NCBI RefSeq assembly: GCF_016433145.1
Contig: NC_058134.1
Span: 68,937,232 to 69,001,231 of the forward strand
Direction: 5' to 3'
DNA length: 64,000 nucleotides
DNA from: Gracilinanus agilis
Lineage: Eukaryota
Numbering within the stretch: the stretch's first letter is position 1; the number at the start of each line of letters is the position of its first letter. Made by a program: the position numbers and the translations under genes. This document shows, in pieces, positions 1-11,800 of the stretch. Under the pieces are notes generated by a model. It made no database searches, was not told the DNA's origin, and saw only the letters and a list, made by a program, of their open reading frames with translations.

Positions 1-509
1 TTCTGACATAATGGTCAGGTTCCTTAATCTTTTAGTGCTCTAGGACATTCTTACACGTTAGAGACTAGGTATCATTGGAGACTTCCCTATGCCAAAGAAA
101 TAACAGCTCTAGTTCCTTCTTCCCTTGATAGTTTGTAAATCATCACTTTTTCACCAGCAGCTCTTCACCACAATACTTAGTTATTAGTGTGCACGCTGTA
201 ACCAAATAAAGTTCAAAGGAACATTCTGGAAAGGTTTTAATGATATGAGGCTGCCTAAGGATGTGTGACAGCAACACGATTCAGTTCGGGCATCACAAAA
301 AGAAACCCCTATGGCTAAACTCTGTTGATCATAAATCTGGAGTGAAGATGGAAAGGAGAAATGACAAGAAATGTTTACAGTTCAAATGGGAGCAACAGTA
401 AAACAAAGGAAAACACAGCTGAGCGATTGCCCAAGGGAACATAGAACTGTCTTGCTAGACTTTCAGGAAACTGATGTTAGGGGCAGGAAGAACTAATAAT
501 CAAAGAATA

Positions 510-640
510 CTGGGTTTAGAGCTGGAAGAGATCTTAAAGACCAATGAATATTGCCCCCTCATACTCAGAGCAAGAGCTCAAATGCTTTGTCTAGGGTCAC
601 AGCTAAGGAGGTGGATTTGAACCCAGGTCTTCCAGACTTC
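510..640 (-). mobile_element. MIR/MIR3 fragment
   Basis: gggtttagagctggaagagatctta...ggtcacagcta...gatttgaacccaggtctt CORE-SINE motifs. Confidence 0.6.
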
Positions 641-1179
641 TCTAGGGCAAGTGATGGTAGCTGGGAAGTACATTCAAGTCATTATTTCATTTAAGAACTA
701 ACAGCTGAAATACTAACTTCATATAAGGCTAGGACCTGGGCAAAAGGAGTAGGAAGGTACCCAGGGGGAACTAGTGGGGAAAAAGTAACCTAGTACCAAC
801 ATAGCTATAACACAAGACAATATGGAGTATTATATGAAAGGTACAAAACAAGATGGTATCAGACTTTAAATGAAAGAGGAATGAATAGCAGCAAGGGAAT
901 CCATGGAGACAGTGGAATTTAACCTAAGTTATAAGGATAGATGGGATTTAGATAGGTAAAAATAGACAGGGAGAGCATTTCAGGGAGGCACAGCCTCATA
1001 CAGAGTCCCAGTGGAGGGGAAAAGAATGGTAAATATGTTTAGAAAATACATTTTTAACTAAAATTCAATTATTTTACCAAGCTAGGGTATAGGAGTTTCT
1101 CCAAATACTCTCCACTTTTTTGAATGGTTTTGGGCTGGTTATATCAAAAGAGGTTGGCTGTCAATACACACAAGGGGGG

Positions 1180-1870
1180 GAACCAAAATGAGAAGGAACC
1201 TCTAAACCCTGTTGGTGATTTTAGTTGTTATAATTGTTGGGTTTGACAAGTCTTTGGAAGTTCTCTTTTATATTACTGACACATACTCCAAGACAGCAGG
1301 ACATCCCTTTATTCTTCATGTCAAGTTAACATGGCTCAGAACCCCTCTGCAGGAAGCTACCAATTCCCGTGATTTCTTTATGTGTCCTTGACATCATACC
1401 TTGGAACACAAGCTGCTTCATTCTCAGTGTATTCAACCCTAGTCTAATTTTGTATTTGTTAACAAAGCTCCAAACTGTGGTCTTTGTCCTCCCTCTAACT
1501 TCCTGGTGTAGGTGATTTCATCCTCTTACCACCTTCTCCAATGTTTGCTCCTCCTTCCCTTATTGCTCCTTTGATACACAGAGCCAGGAAGACTACTTTC
1601 CTCACCCACCCTTCTTCCTCCATTATCATGAAGTGGCTTTTCATTCTTTGAATTGCACACCACCTGAAATTCCTCTCCAGGCTGCACTTTGGATTTCTAC
1701 CATGCCTCAGCTCTTCATCCTGATTTCTCTCCTGCCCTAGAATACATACAATGAAAGTCCTTTCTAGTCTTGTGCCCTCATCATGTGCTGGAACATGTAC
1801 ATACAGGCTCTCGAGAAGCAAATGTAAATTTTCAGTGTGATTGATCATCTGCATCTTGGAAATCAGCAAA
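1180..1870 (-). mobile_element. Possible very old LINE (CR1/L2-like) ORF2 remnant
   Basis: A minus frame with stops gives ...EVRGRTKTTVWSFVNKYKIRLGLNTL..., loosely like the CR1/L2 EN-RT linker motif (K..FWS(F/Y)V..K.K.R.G...L). Weak. Confidence 0.25.
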
Positions 1871-2023
1871 TTCTGTATCAGGGCTTGATTTATTGTCTTG
1901 TTGCCAATCTAGACTTAAGTATGTGAAAATGTTAATAATGCAAACTAAACTCAAAAGTGTGTGATACATACATTCTTCTCTCCCCTTTGCCCCGCCACCA
2001 GCCAGCTGTTAAATATTTACTAG

Positions 2024-2070
2024 CACCCACACCCACACCCACACCCACACACACACACACACACACACAC
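2024..2070. repeat. (ACACCC)n/(CA)n microsatellite
   Basis: Direct reading. Confidence 0.95.
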
Positions 2071-2294
2071 CTGCCTTTCCCTCTGAATGTCTTCTTTGAG
2101 AACCTCTGTTTTTTTAAATCCTGAATCTCTATTTGAGGTGGGTTCCCAAGCCACCCATGGCTCATACCTTTCTATATTCCTCCCCCTAACCTTTGCATAT
2201 ATCTTTTATGTGATACTTTACCTCACTGGAATGTAAGTTGTTTGAGGGCAGAGGCTGTCTGTCTTTCTACTTGTATTTGTATTCCCAGGTCAGT

Positions 2295-2545
2295 TAGGTA
2301 GTGGAGTGGAAAGAATGCTGATCTAGAAACAGGAAGATTCTTCTTCCTGAATTAAAATCTGGCCTCAGACACATATTGGCTATGTGACCTTGGGCAAATC
2401 ACTTAACCCTGTTTACCTACAGATAAGCTTCCTCATCTCTAAAATGAGCTAGAGAAAGAAATGGCAAACCAGTTCGGCATCCTTGCCAAGAAAACCCCAA
2501 ATGGTGTCACAAAGAATTGACACAGCTGAAATTAGTGAACAGAAT
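2295..2545 (+). mobile_element. MAR1 SINE, preceded by an L2 3' end (~2165-2290)
   Basis: CORE region followed by the RTE-type tail gagctagagaaagaaatggcaaacc...ccttgccaagaaaaccccaaatgg. Confidence 0.8.
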
Positions 2546-2639
2546 TTGTATTCCCAACTTTTAATAAATGCTCTTGACAAGCTCTCTACCTGCCCGACTT
2601 GCTTATAATTTCCCTCATAGACCCTTATAGTTGTCATTT

Positions 2640-3900
2640 ATTTACTTCTGTTATCATTCTTCTTTCATCAGTGAATTCAATATCTCATTCATGCTATTTC
2701 CTTCCACTGGAGAGCCTGTCCTTATTGTTGGTGAATTCAGTATTCATTTAGATAACCTTGAAATGTCATAGCCTCCTAAATCAATCAATATGCTAACTCC
2801 TATTGCTTCCCAAACTACTCTATTTCAGTCTATATTCAGATGGTGCTTAGGTAGTACCATCACCCAACAGTTATATCTTTTCTGATCACAGATACCTGAT
2901 CTTGAATTGACTTCATTAGTTCACTCATACTAAACCTTTTCTCCATCTCAGCTGGCCTCTGAATGCTTTCCTGCTCTTATAATTCATTTCCTCCATTTTG
3001 GTCTTATTTTTTTCTTCCTTCATAGCCTTGATCCTACAGCCCAACAATTCAATACTATACTGTCCTTTACCCTTCAGACCTTGTTCCTTTGTCATTTCAC
3101 TATTCATGCACTACTACTACTCATCTTTGGTCCTCATCCCCAGCCCGCCTCTAATTGCCTTTTTTTAAAACTCTCTACCTTCTATTTTAGAATCAATACT
3201 AAGTATTGGTTTCAAGGCAGAGGAGCAGGAAAGACTAGACAGTTGTCTTGCCTGGGATCACACAGCTGGGAAGTGTCTGAGGCCAGATTTGAACTCCAGA
3301 CCTCCCTTCTCCAGGCCTGTCTCTCTATCCACTATGCTACCCAACTGCCCCTCTAACTGCTTTCTTGGTTCTTACTGTCAAGTCAATGAATGCAGGTGGA
3401 GGTAAAGAAATTGTGTGGCCTGGATCCATTATTAATTCGTGCTATCCAACATCTGATGGGTCCATACCAATGCATGGCCATCTTTTTATCTCACGTGGTC
3501 TCCTGATCTCTCTTCTCTCCATACTGGCTATAATCTTTCCCTCTGAAAACACCCAACTGTACCTCTTGGCCCCATTCTCTCAGCAGGTGACCTTTCTGGC
3601 AAAAATAAGCTCTTACCTTCCCTTTGGAAGCATTCATGGAAAGTGGCTTTTATTCTGAACCAATTAGTGAACCTCTAGGTCACAGATACTTGATGTGTGA
3701 TAGGTATCATTCTAGCCTAATACTCTTCTTGGAGATAAGAGAATGAGAGATCACCTAGCCATGGTGGTCTTGGATCCTGCCTGCCCCCATCCTGCTAGAC
3801 AGCTGGCAGATCAACATGGCCTTCCTCCTACTTGCCACAAAGAACAAAGTTAGAGTCTCCCTTGGAAGTGGGTGAGTTTGATCCCATATTGAATATCTAT
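2640..3900 (+). mobile_element. L2 internal fragment interrupted by an older marsupial SINE (3175-3355, minus)
   Basis: Pyrimidine-rich degenerate L2 ORF2-type sequence; inserted SINE ends ...ccactatgctacccaactgcccc. Confidence 0.55.
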
Positions 3901-3999
3901 CCATACCACAACTAGCCACAAATTACTTAAGTGTTCATGTCACATCCACATTCTATCTCCAATGGAATATAAGCTCTACATATATGGGGCAGGGTATCA

Positions 4000-4380
4000 C
4001 TTTTAAAACAATTTAAACAATTTTTATCTGAACTTGAAAAACGCCACATAAAATGGGCCATTTTCACGTACATAGTAGAAAAGAAAAAGAGGACTGCCCA
4101 CAGACTGTAGTTCTCTATTACATACACCTTTGTTAAATATACTAGTTGTTACTATAGCTTTCAAAACTGTCCGGTTTGTCTATGCTTCTTTCTGTCTTTC
4201 CTTCTGTTTCCCTCCCTGCAGTTGTTTTTTAAATATAAAAAGATGCTTCAATGGCCACTTTTTCTTATTTTTCTTTTTCTTTATCCTGTCCCTATTCCTC
4301 TTCACCTTTAAAAAAAAGTCCCTGAAACAAATAGGAATAGACTGGCAAAAAACAATTCCAATATTAACTGTTGGACTGCC
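4000..4380 (-). mobile_element. Old marsupial L1 3'UTR fragment
   Basis: Similar to the L1-type 3' end at ~18200-18340 (aacaaataggaatagac...caattccaatatt). Confidence 0.45.
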
Positions 4381-5772
4381 ACTTTTTAGTCTTTAAGCCC
4401 CACCTCCCCATGGTGCTCAGCATAGGGCTTTACCTATATAATAGTATTTATTGAATTGAATTTTTTCCTCTTTTCAATTAATAGACTTCAGACACCATCT
4501 GTTTCTGTCTCACCCCTCCACTATTTTACCAGTTTCTGTTCAGGTTTCTCCCTTTTACTCCCAACCAAACACAGAAGAGAAGAGAAACAATCCCTTCTCT
4601 GTGTTTCCCTAAAGAAATTAATTGGATGTCTTTGGGTTCCTACCTGGATTGAGCTTGGATAAAAAATGGTCTCTTCATAATCTAGCTGGTCCTTTATTTG
4701 ACACAGGAAACCACTTATTCTCTTAATTCACTTTTAATATTGATCTCTGAAGAATAATTTTTCAGGTGTTCAGAGTTGGACTTCTTGTTTCTCCTTGCAT
4801 ATTTATTCCTTGGGTCATCATCTCAGTTTTTAGAAATCCTAGAGAGCCTGGGTGGGATTTTCCTGAGAACCTAGGATGCTGAATAAAAGCTTCAGGAACA
4901 AAGCTTTTTTCCATTGCTCCCCCTATAATCCCTCTTATTTTTCTGAAACCCAGATGTGTAGAAACCATATTCGCCTTCAGCCACACAGGCTTGGTCAAAT
5001 AGCAGAAGAATCATTCTTCCTGTTAAAATGATTTCTATATAAACATCAACAAAACTTTTAAAAATGTATCCAATAATTGGGTGAGAACCGACTCCCACCA
5101 GCAGGAGCTACAAGGACACAGCTCGAAGAAGGGCCCTGCTGACCATCCTTGGCAAGTCTCTCTGGGTGAGCCAGATGTTCTTTACTTCCCCAAAGCTCAC
5201 AAAAGGAGAAGAGGAACCTTTCCTTTCCTCCTTTTAACCCTACAATTTGTTATTTTAAGCTATAATCTCTACAGTTAAGGGAATATTCCAAACAAAATAG
5301 TCCTCAGCGATTGAGATGTGTTAGCTTGCCTTCTGTTTTAAATCCTTGTCAGCAGCTGTTTATTGCTTCAAGTAACACAAAGCAATTGCAAAGATCCCAT
5401 AATTATTTACACCTGGCAACTGAGGCTTATAAAATATCATCAAGGCTAAAAAAATAATAATAACAATTCATTTGAAGGGAACTACCATAGGCAAGCATGG
5501 GGTCCTCACCCCCTTTATCCACATTCAAGTCACAGCAAGAAAAAGGTGTGTCTCAGACTATGATTTCTTTGCAAATCCAGGGGAATAAACTGGAAATAGA
5601 AGTTTTTCCAGAGGCAATGGAAAGTGATAACCACAGAACTTAGTTTCCAGACGAAGGAATTTTATTCTACTGGGGTCTATGGTTCTCCCTGGGTGTGGGG
5701 TTGGGCTACTTCAATCATGTGAACTGGTCTGGTTCTCATTCCTGAAGAATGGGCAGAGTATTCAGAAGCTGG

Positions 5773-6505
5773 TGGGAAGGAAGGAGAGGAGAAAAAAAGC
5801 AGGATGAAGAAAGGAAGAGGATGATAAAAAAGAGGAAGGTCAAGAGGAGGAGGAAGAAGAATGAAAAAGGATGAGGAGAAGAGCAGGAGGAAGAGAAAGA
5901 GGTGAAGGAATTGAGAGAAATAAAGAAAAGATTGAGTATCAGGGAAAGGAGAGAAATGACAGGAAGCAGAGACAGAGGGAGAAAATAGAAGCAGGAAAAG
6001 ATGGAGGAAAAGCAAGAGGAGAAGATCTGGAAAAAGAGAAGGAGGAGATGAGGAGGAAGGGGGGAAGAGAAGCAAAAAGAGGGAAGAATAGGAGGAAGAC
6101 AAGAGAAGACTTGGAGGAGGAAAAGGAGAAAAGGGGAAAGAAAAGCAGGAAGAGGTAAAGGAAAAGGAAGAGCAGATATGGAAAAAGAGAAGGAAATGGG
6201 AATGAGTGGGCAAGAGAAATAAGAAGAGATGAGAATGGGAGGAAGAAAGGAGAAGACTTGGAGGAGAAAGAGCAGAAAGAGGAAGAGGAGAAAAGAGGAA
6301 AGAGAAGCAAGAGACGAAGGGAAAAGAAGAGGAGAGGAGAAGATCTGGAAAAAGAGGAGGAGGGGAAAAGAGAATCAAGAAGGAAGAAGAATAGAAGGAA
6401 GAAAGGAAAAGGACTTGGAGGAGGAAAGAGGAAAGAGAAGCAGAAAGAGATGAAGGAATAGCTGGAGAAGAGAAGACCTGAAGGAAGAGCAGGAAGAAGG
6501 GGATC
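5773..6505 (+). repeat. Polypurine low-complexity tract with higher-order ~150-165 bp periodicity
   Basis: Almost pure A/G. Motif gaagatctggaaaaagag at 6021, ~6172, 6339 alternates with gaagacttggaggag at 6105, 6252, ~6409. Confidence 0.9.
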
Positions 6506-6734
6506 GGGAACTACATCATGGTATAAATGGAGTAGTGAATAAACAATTGGTCTCAAACTGAGAAATCCCTAGGTTCAAATCCTGCCCCCTGACTCATGCT
6601 ATAGTACTCCAGACAATTCAGGGTGCCAGACAGTTCTCTAAAAATTGCAGAGCAATTGCTCCTTATATACAGGTTCAGTTTTAAAAGCAGCAACAACATA
6701 GTTTTTATTTCTATCACACATTAAGGTATTCAAA

Positions 6735-6930
6735 ATGCTTTAATACATTCTCACTTGATTCTCCCAATAACCAGGTAAGGCAGGTAGAACTAGTATCCCC
6801 CGTTTTACAGATGAAGAACCAGAATCTAGCCCAGTAGGATCAGTGAGTTTCCCTGCCACAGCTAGTAAGTGTGGGGGGCAGTATTTGAACTCAGGTTTGT
6901 TTTTAATTCTATGTCAGGTGCTATATCCAC
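6735..6930 (-). mobile_element. MIR-family SINE
   Basis: ccgttttacagatgaagaa...gtatttgaactcagg core, reversed. Confidence 0.7.
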
Positions 6931-7974
6931 TTATTACTCAGTGAAGACTTGAAAGACCTTTTTTGTGTCCCCAAAGTACAAAATGTACCTTTCTGAGAGC
7001 CCAGTTTAGACCCATGAGAGTCATTTACAAACTGAAAGAACCTGGTTTTAAATTAGTTTAATCGACTGTAAAAACATGGGGATATTGTCTGTGACTGTGA
7101 AATTGTTGTGATACTACAAAGCCAGACCTCCCTGGTAGAGAGATTCTAGTGAGTGCACCTCGAAGACTCTAATGCCTGATGGGTGGAATTTCCCAGACTT
7201 CTCCTTTTTGGCCCAGAATTGAAGAGTCAGATAAAAAAAATAGATCTGTACCCAAATGCACAATTGAATACAGTCTTTGTAGAATGAGATCAAACAGATG
7301 AATTCTATCGAAGCCCATGTAAATTTGGATAAAGCATACACCTTGCCAATGGAAACTGCAAGAATTTGAGATATCTGGCCAGAGGAAAAAAAAATCACTA
7401 ACACAATATGGTTGATTACTTGGCACTGCTCAAAGAAAGAGCAGAGGAGATTCCCTCAATTGTGCCCATAAAAACCATAGCATAAAATAATGGAAATCCA
7501 TTAGACAAAACGTTCTAACCAAATTCAGGGTAGAAAGACCCCAGGATTCAGAGTTCTGAGTTCAAGTCCCAGCTTTCTCACACTAAAAAAATAATTTTTC
7601 CTACTCTAATCCTCAATTTCTTCCTATGTCCATCAGCAGTGCCTGACCCTAGTGTCCATGCATATATATTTTATACATATATGTGTACTTGTGTATAATA
7701 TATGTGAATATGGAGACAGAGATTCAGAGTGTCTGCATATTCAACACACCCTCTACACACATACACGGGTTAGGCTGTTTTAAGTTATAATATATATGTA
7801 CATATACACATACACATGGATATATAACTCTTATAGGTATCAGTTGGGCACCTTGGAAGGTACATTTCTTATGCTGGTAGGACATTAATAAGATCTTTCA
7901 ACTTGGCATTGAATGGTATAGTAGAAAGTTGAGAGAATACTAGATATACACACATATACATAGCTAGCTGGCTA

Positions 7975-8200
7975 GCATTTTTCTTAGTGTCCACTATGTG
8001 CCAAGTGCTTTATAAATATTACCTTATTTGTTCGTCACAATTACCCTGTGAAGAAGGTGCTGTTGTTATCCTGATTATACGGTTGAGGAAACTGAAGCAA
8101 ACAGAGGCTAATGTTAAACTTCCAATAAGTGTAAGGCTAGATTTGAACCTCGAATCTTCCTGGCTCCAGGGCCAGCACTTATCTATCATCACTTAGCTGT
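7975..8200 (-). mobile_element. MIR-family SINE
   Basis: actatgtgccaagtgcttt...gaggaaactgaagca...atttgaacc...ctggctccagggcc. Confidence 0.8.
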
Positions 8201-8639
8201 CTCAAGAGACATTCTGTTAAAATGGTCTAACTTGACCAGTTACTTGCATTATTTATCCACATTATTTTTCTAGTGTGGATGATAAAAATTATCCCATTTG
8301 AATTTTTATGTTTTTTTTCCTGATGAGGCTTTGTAGTGTTTCAGAGGGGGATGAAATGCCATCTTTGTATAGGAACATTTGGAGAACTTTGCCATCTACA
8401 TGATGCCCTACTTCTGATTGCATTCTGTTTGGGGCATCTTCTAAGGTAATGGCAGACATCTATTTTTTTTTTGCCAGAGAGCATAACCTTGGGCCTATAA
8501 GGAATAGAACAAAAAATGGCTAATTGGCAATTAATACCCAAGTAATACAAAGAGAGAACAAAACAATAAAAATCAATTAGAATAATAAGATAAAAATAAA
8601 ATCATGTAAGGAGGGCAACTTTGATGAGCTCCAGTCATT

Positions 8640-9420
8640 TTGATTAAGCTTATATCTTCAGGTGTTGAGAAAACTGAAAGAAGTGGTAGCTGAACCATGT
8701 CAATGATCTATGAAATAAGGTGGAGTACTGGAGAAGAACTGCAGGAATGGATAAAAGCAAATGTCTGACTTTTCTGATAGGACTTGATTTTCAGGTGAAA
8801 AGAGAGAGAATGTAGGAGGCATCTTGAAGTATTTAAAGGGCCATCATGTGGAAGAGCAATTAGATTTTGTGTAGTTTAAGAGGCAGGTGACATAATGGAT
8901 AGAAAATTGAGCCTGGAATCATAAAGACCGGAGTTCAAATTTAGCCTCGGAGATTTTGTTAGCTATGTGTTCCTAGGTAAGTTTCTTAACCTCTATCTGC
9001 CACAGTTTCCTCAACTGTAAAATGGGAGTAGTAATACTTGCTTCCCTAAATTGTTGTGAAGACAAAATGAGATATTTATAAAGGGCTTAGTATGCTGTTT
9101 GGCACATAGTAGGTGCCAAATAAATACACATTTCCCCCATCTGCCTCCCCCTTCCTTCTTCTTTCCTTCACATAAGAACAATTGGCAAAAGATGAAGGAG
9201 ACGGATTTAGTTCAATATAGTGAAGAACTTTCTGATCATTATAAGTATCTCAAAATGGAAGGAATGGGCTGCCTAGTAAGGAATTGAAGATCTCAGCACT
9301 GGGAACATCTGGACAAAAGTTGGTTAGAAGACCATCTTGTCAGAGATGCTGTAGTAGGGATTCTGAAGCAATTAGACTAGATAGTCTCCTAAATTCTCCA
9401 ACTAAAAATTCTATAACTCT
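8640..9420 (+). mobile_element. L3/CR1 fragment with internal deletion, interrupted by a MIR (8880-9125, plus)
   Basis: 8650-8765 resembles the pre-RT CR1 motif (RVLKEL..VAEPLS.I...SW..GE.P..W..ANV). It joins directly to the CR1 C-terminal motif (LKYLKG.HVEE), and the L3 3' end resumes at 9165-9420. Confidence 0.7.
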
Positions 9421-10029
9421 GCATGCATATCAGACATAGGGATAAATATGAAGTATAACTGAGCCCTTCTGACAAATATTAACTCTGAACATCATCATCA
9501 ACTAATTATATAATTCCTAGAGGATATCTTTCATCAAGCAAGCCATCCTGCTACCACAGAATGTAAAGTAAAAGCATCCTTTTGTGTTGACAGATGGAAC
9601 GAACAGTTTTCCTTTCACAATTTCTTCAAGATTCAGTTAGGAAATATATGTACCAGGAGGTGAAAGATTCCAGCTGTTGAGTGATTTCACATCAGCCTTG
9701 ACGATGATGCATAGACAACATAGTGAAATGTCAGCCTAAGTTCTCATATTTGTGGCCATTAAGGAGCACAAAGTATTTTTAAAGGTAGAAAATGCAATGA
9801 ATATTTGCCAAAGGGAAAAAAAAGCAGAAGCTGGAAAAGTGATTAGGGGCTTTGAATTAAAGAAGAAGAAAAACAAATGGTAGATTAAGGGAGGGGGAGG
9901 TGAAAGGAAGACACAACAGAGCAATTAAAGGAAAAAGAAACAGAAGAAGAAGGGGGAATCAGAGGCCAGAAGTCCAAGATTTTGTACTGTTGTAACTTAT
10001 GGAAATTGGGATAGAGGGAGAGTATTCTA

Positions 10030-10200
10030 GAGCACAGATTCTTAATATTTTTTTGCATGTGTTCTGGACCCTTTGGCAATCTAGTGAAGCCTACATGGAT
10101 CTCTTCTCAGAATAATGTGGTAAATGCATAAAATAAATACACAGAATTATAAAAGAAACAAACTATAATGAAAAAGTCCACAAATCCCAGTTCTTAAGGA
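10030..10200 (+). mobile_element. hAT-Charlie-type non-autonomous DNA transposon fragment
   Basis: gattcttaatatttttttg...ggaccctttggcaatctagtgaagcctacatggatctcttctcagaataatg...aatgcataaaataaa, typical of old mammalian Charlie elements. Confidence 0.7.
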
Positions 10201-11044
10201 TTCACTTATTTGGTATTACCTAGATATCTTTTTGTTCCTCACACAATATTATCCATCTGCATCTTTGCACTGGTCATCCCCGTACCCTCCCTCTTCACAT
10301 CCTCTTCTTGGAATCTCTAATTTCATTTAAGATTCTCCTGAAGGAGAATCTATCACCTACATGCCTTTCTGTCCCTCCAGATACTAAGATTTCCCTCTCC
10401 AAAAGGTTACCTTGAATGTGTTTTGTATATATTTAGTATTTTGCTCCATATATAAAAACTGATCTCATTCTTAGACCTGCAAAAGATGGGGCAGATTGTC
10501 CAGGAGCTAGGTAAAGAGGAGGAGAGAAAAAGAAAAGGAAGAAGGGTAAAATTGGGACTGGTAGAATCAAATGAATTCTTTGTTAAGAACTTTGCAAACT
10601 TTAAAGGGCTATTATATAAATACCAGTTATCAATATCATCACCACCACCATCATGATTTTATATGTGCATATTTTCTTCCCATTCAGCTCTACTGCTTTT
10701 CTATCTTTAGATGTCTAACACCTAGCCAGAGACTAGCAAATAGTAGACATTCTTATTGATTAAGCAGGCTAAAATCTGCTTGCTCATTCAGATCCTAAAT
10801 ATTTCCTTACTTTTCTGTCTGTTATGACTGTCTTAAAAAGACTTCAAAGAAAATCAGAGAAAAGTTAAGTGGACGCAGGAAGCATATCAGTTTTGGGTGG
10901 ATGTTCCTTTTTCGTCCATTTTTAGTTTGGGAAAAAAATTATTTCTGATTCTCCAGTTTCTGAGCTATTCATTGGTGCTCAAGTTCTGTGATTTCCAAAC
11001 TCTCTAGGTGTCATTATGGTTGGACCATAGAGAGTAGAGGGCAC

Positions 11045-11800
11045 TAGAGTGTGATAAGACTGGAAAGGTCAGATAGTATCCTGTAGAATAGAACTTTAAA
11101 TGGATCTTGGAAGTATTAGGGAGTTACTGGAGTTTATTAAATAGATGGGGTGAAACGGTCAGATCTGCACTTCAGGAAAATCACTTTGGCAGCTGTGTGG
11201 ATGATGAATTAAAGTGGGAAGAAACTAGCAGAAGAGAAATGAGGAGGATATTATAAAGGTCACTTGAAATAGATATCATACATTTTGTAATCAATATTGC
11301 AAATTTTGTAATAGATATTCCCCAAAGTGAAATAAGGTGATGACTGTGAGTTTATAGAAGGGACATATGTGAAAAATGTTGTAGAGATAGAAATGACAAG
11401 TTTTGGCAAATGACTGGATAAACAGAGTGACTGAGAGGGAGAAGTCAAAGATAGCACCGAAAGTTTGAACCTAGATGACTAGAAGGATAGTGGTGTCCTT
11501 GATAACAATAGTGAAATTCAGAAAATGGGTGGGTTTGGGAGAAAATATAATGAGTTCTGTTTTGGACATGTTGAATTTGAGATGCCTTTGAAACATTCAA
11601 TTTGAAATGTCCAAGAGACAGTTGGTGATGTGAGACTGGAGCTCAGGAGAGAAACTTGAACAGACATGAAGATCTGAGAGGCATCGACACAGAGATGGTA
11701 ATTGTACCATAGGAACTGAAGAGGTTACCAAGTGAGAGAATGCAGAAAGAGAATAAATGAGGTCCCAGAACCAAGTCTTTGGGGGATACCCTGCAGTTTG
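11045..11800 (-). mobile_element. L2 fragment
   Basis: cagatctgcacttcaggaaaatcactttggcagctgtgtgg...ttttggacatgttgaatttgagatgcc, reversed L2 signature. Confidence 0.85.

Noticed and set aside
5677-6556. Long overlapping ORFs (233, 205, 95 aa) rich in F/L/S/P or E/K/R
   Set aside because: Artefact of polypurine sequence lacking stop codons; no splice or start context.
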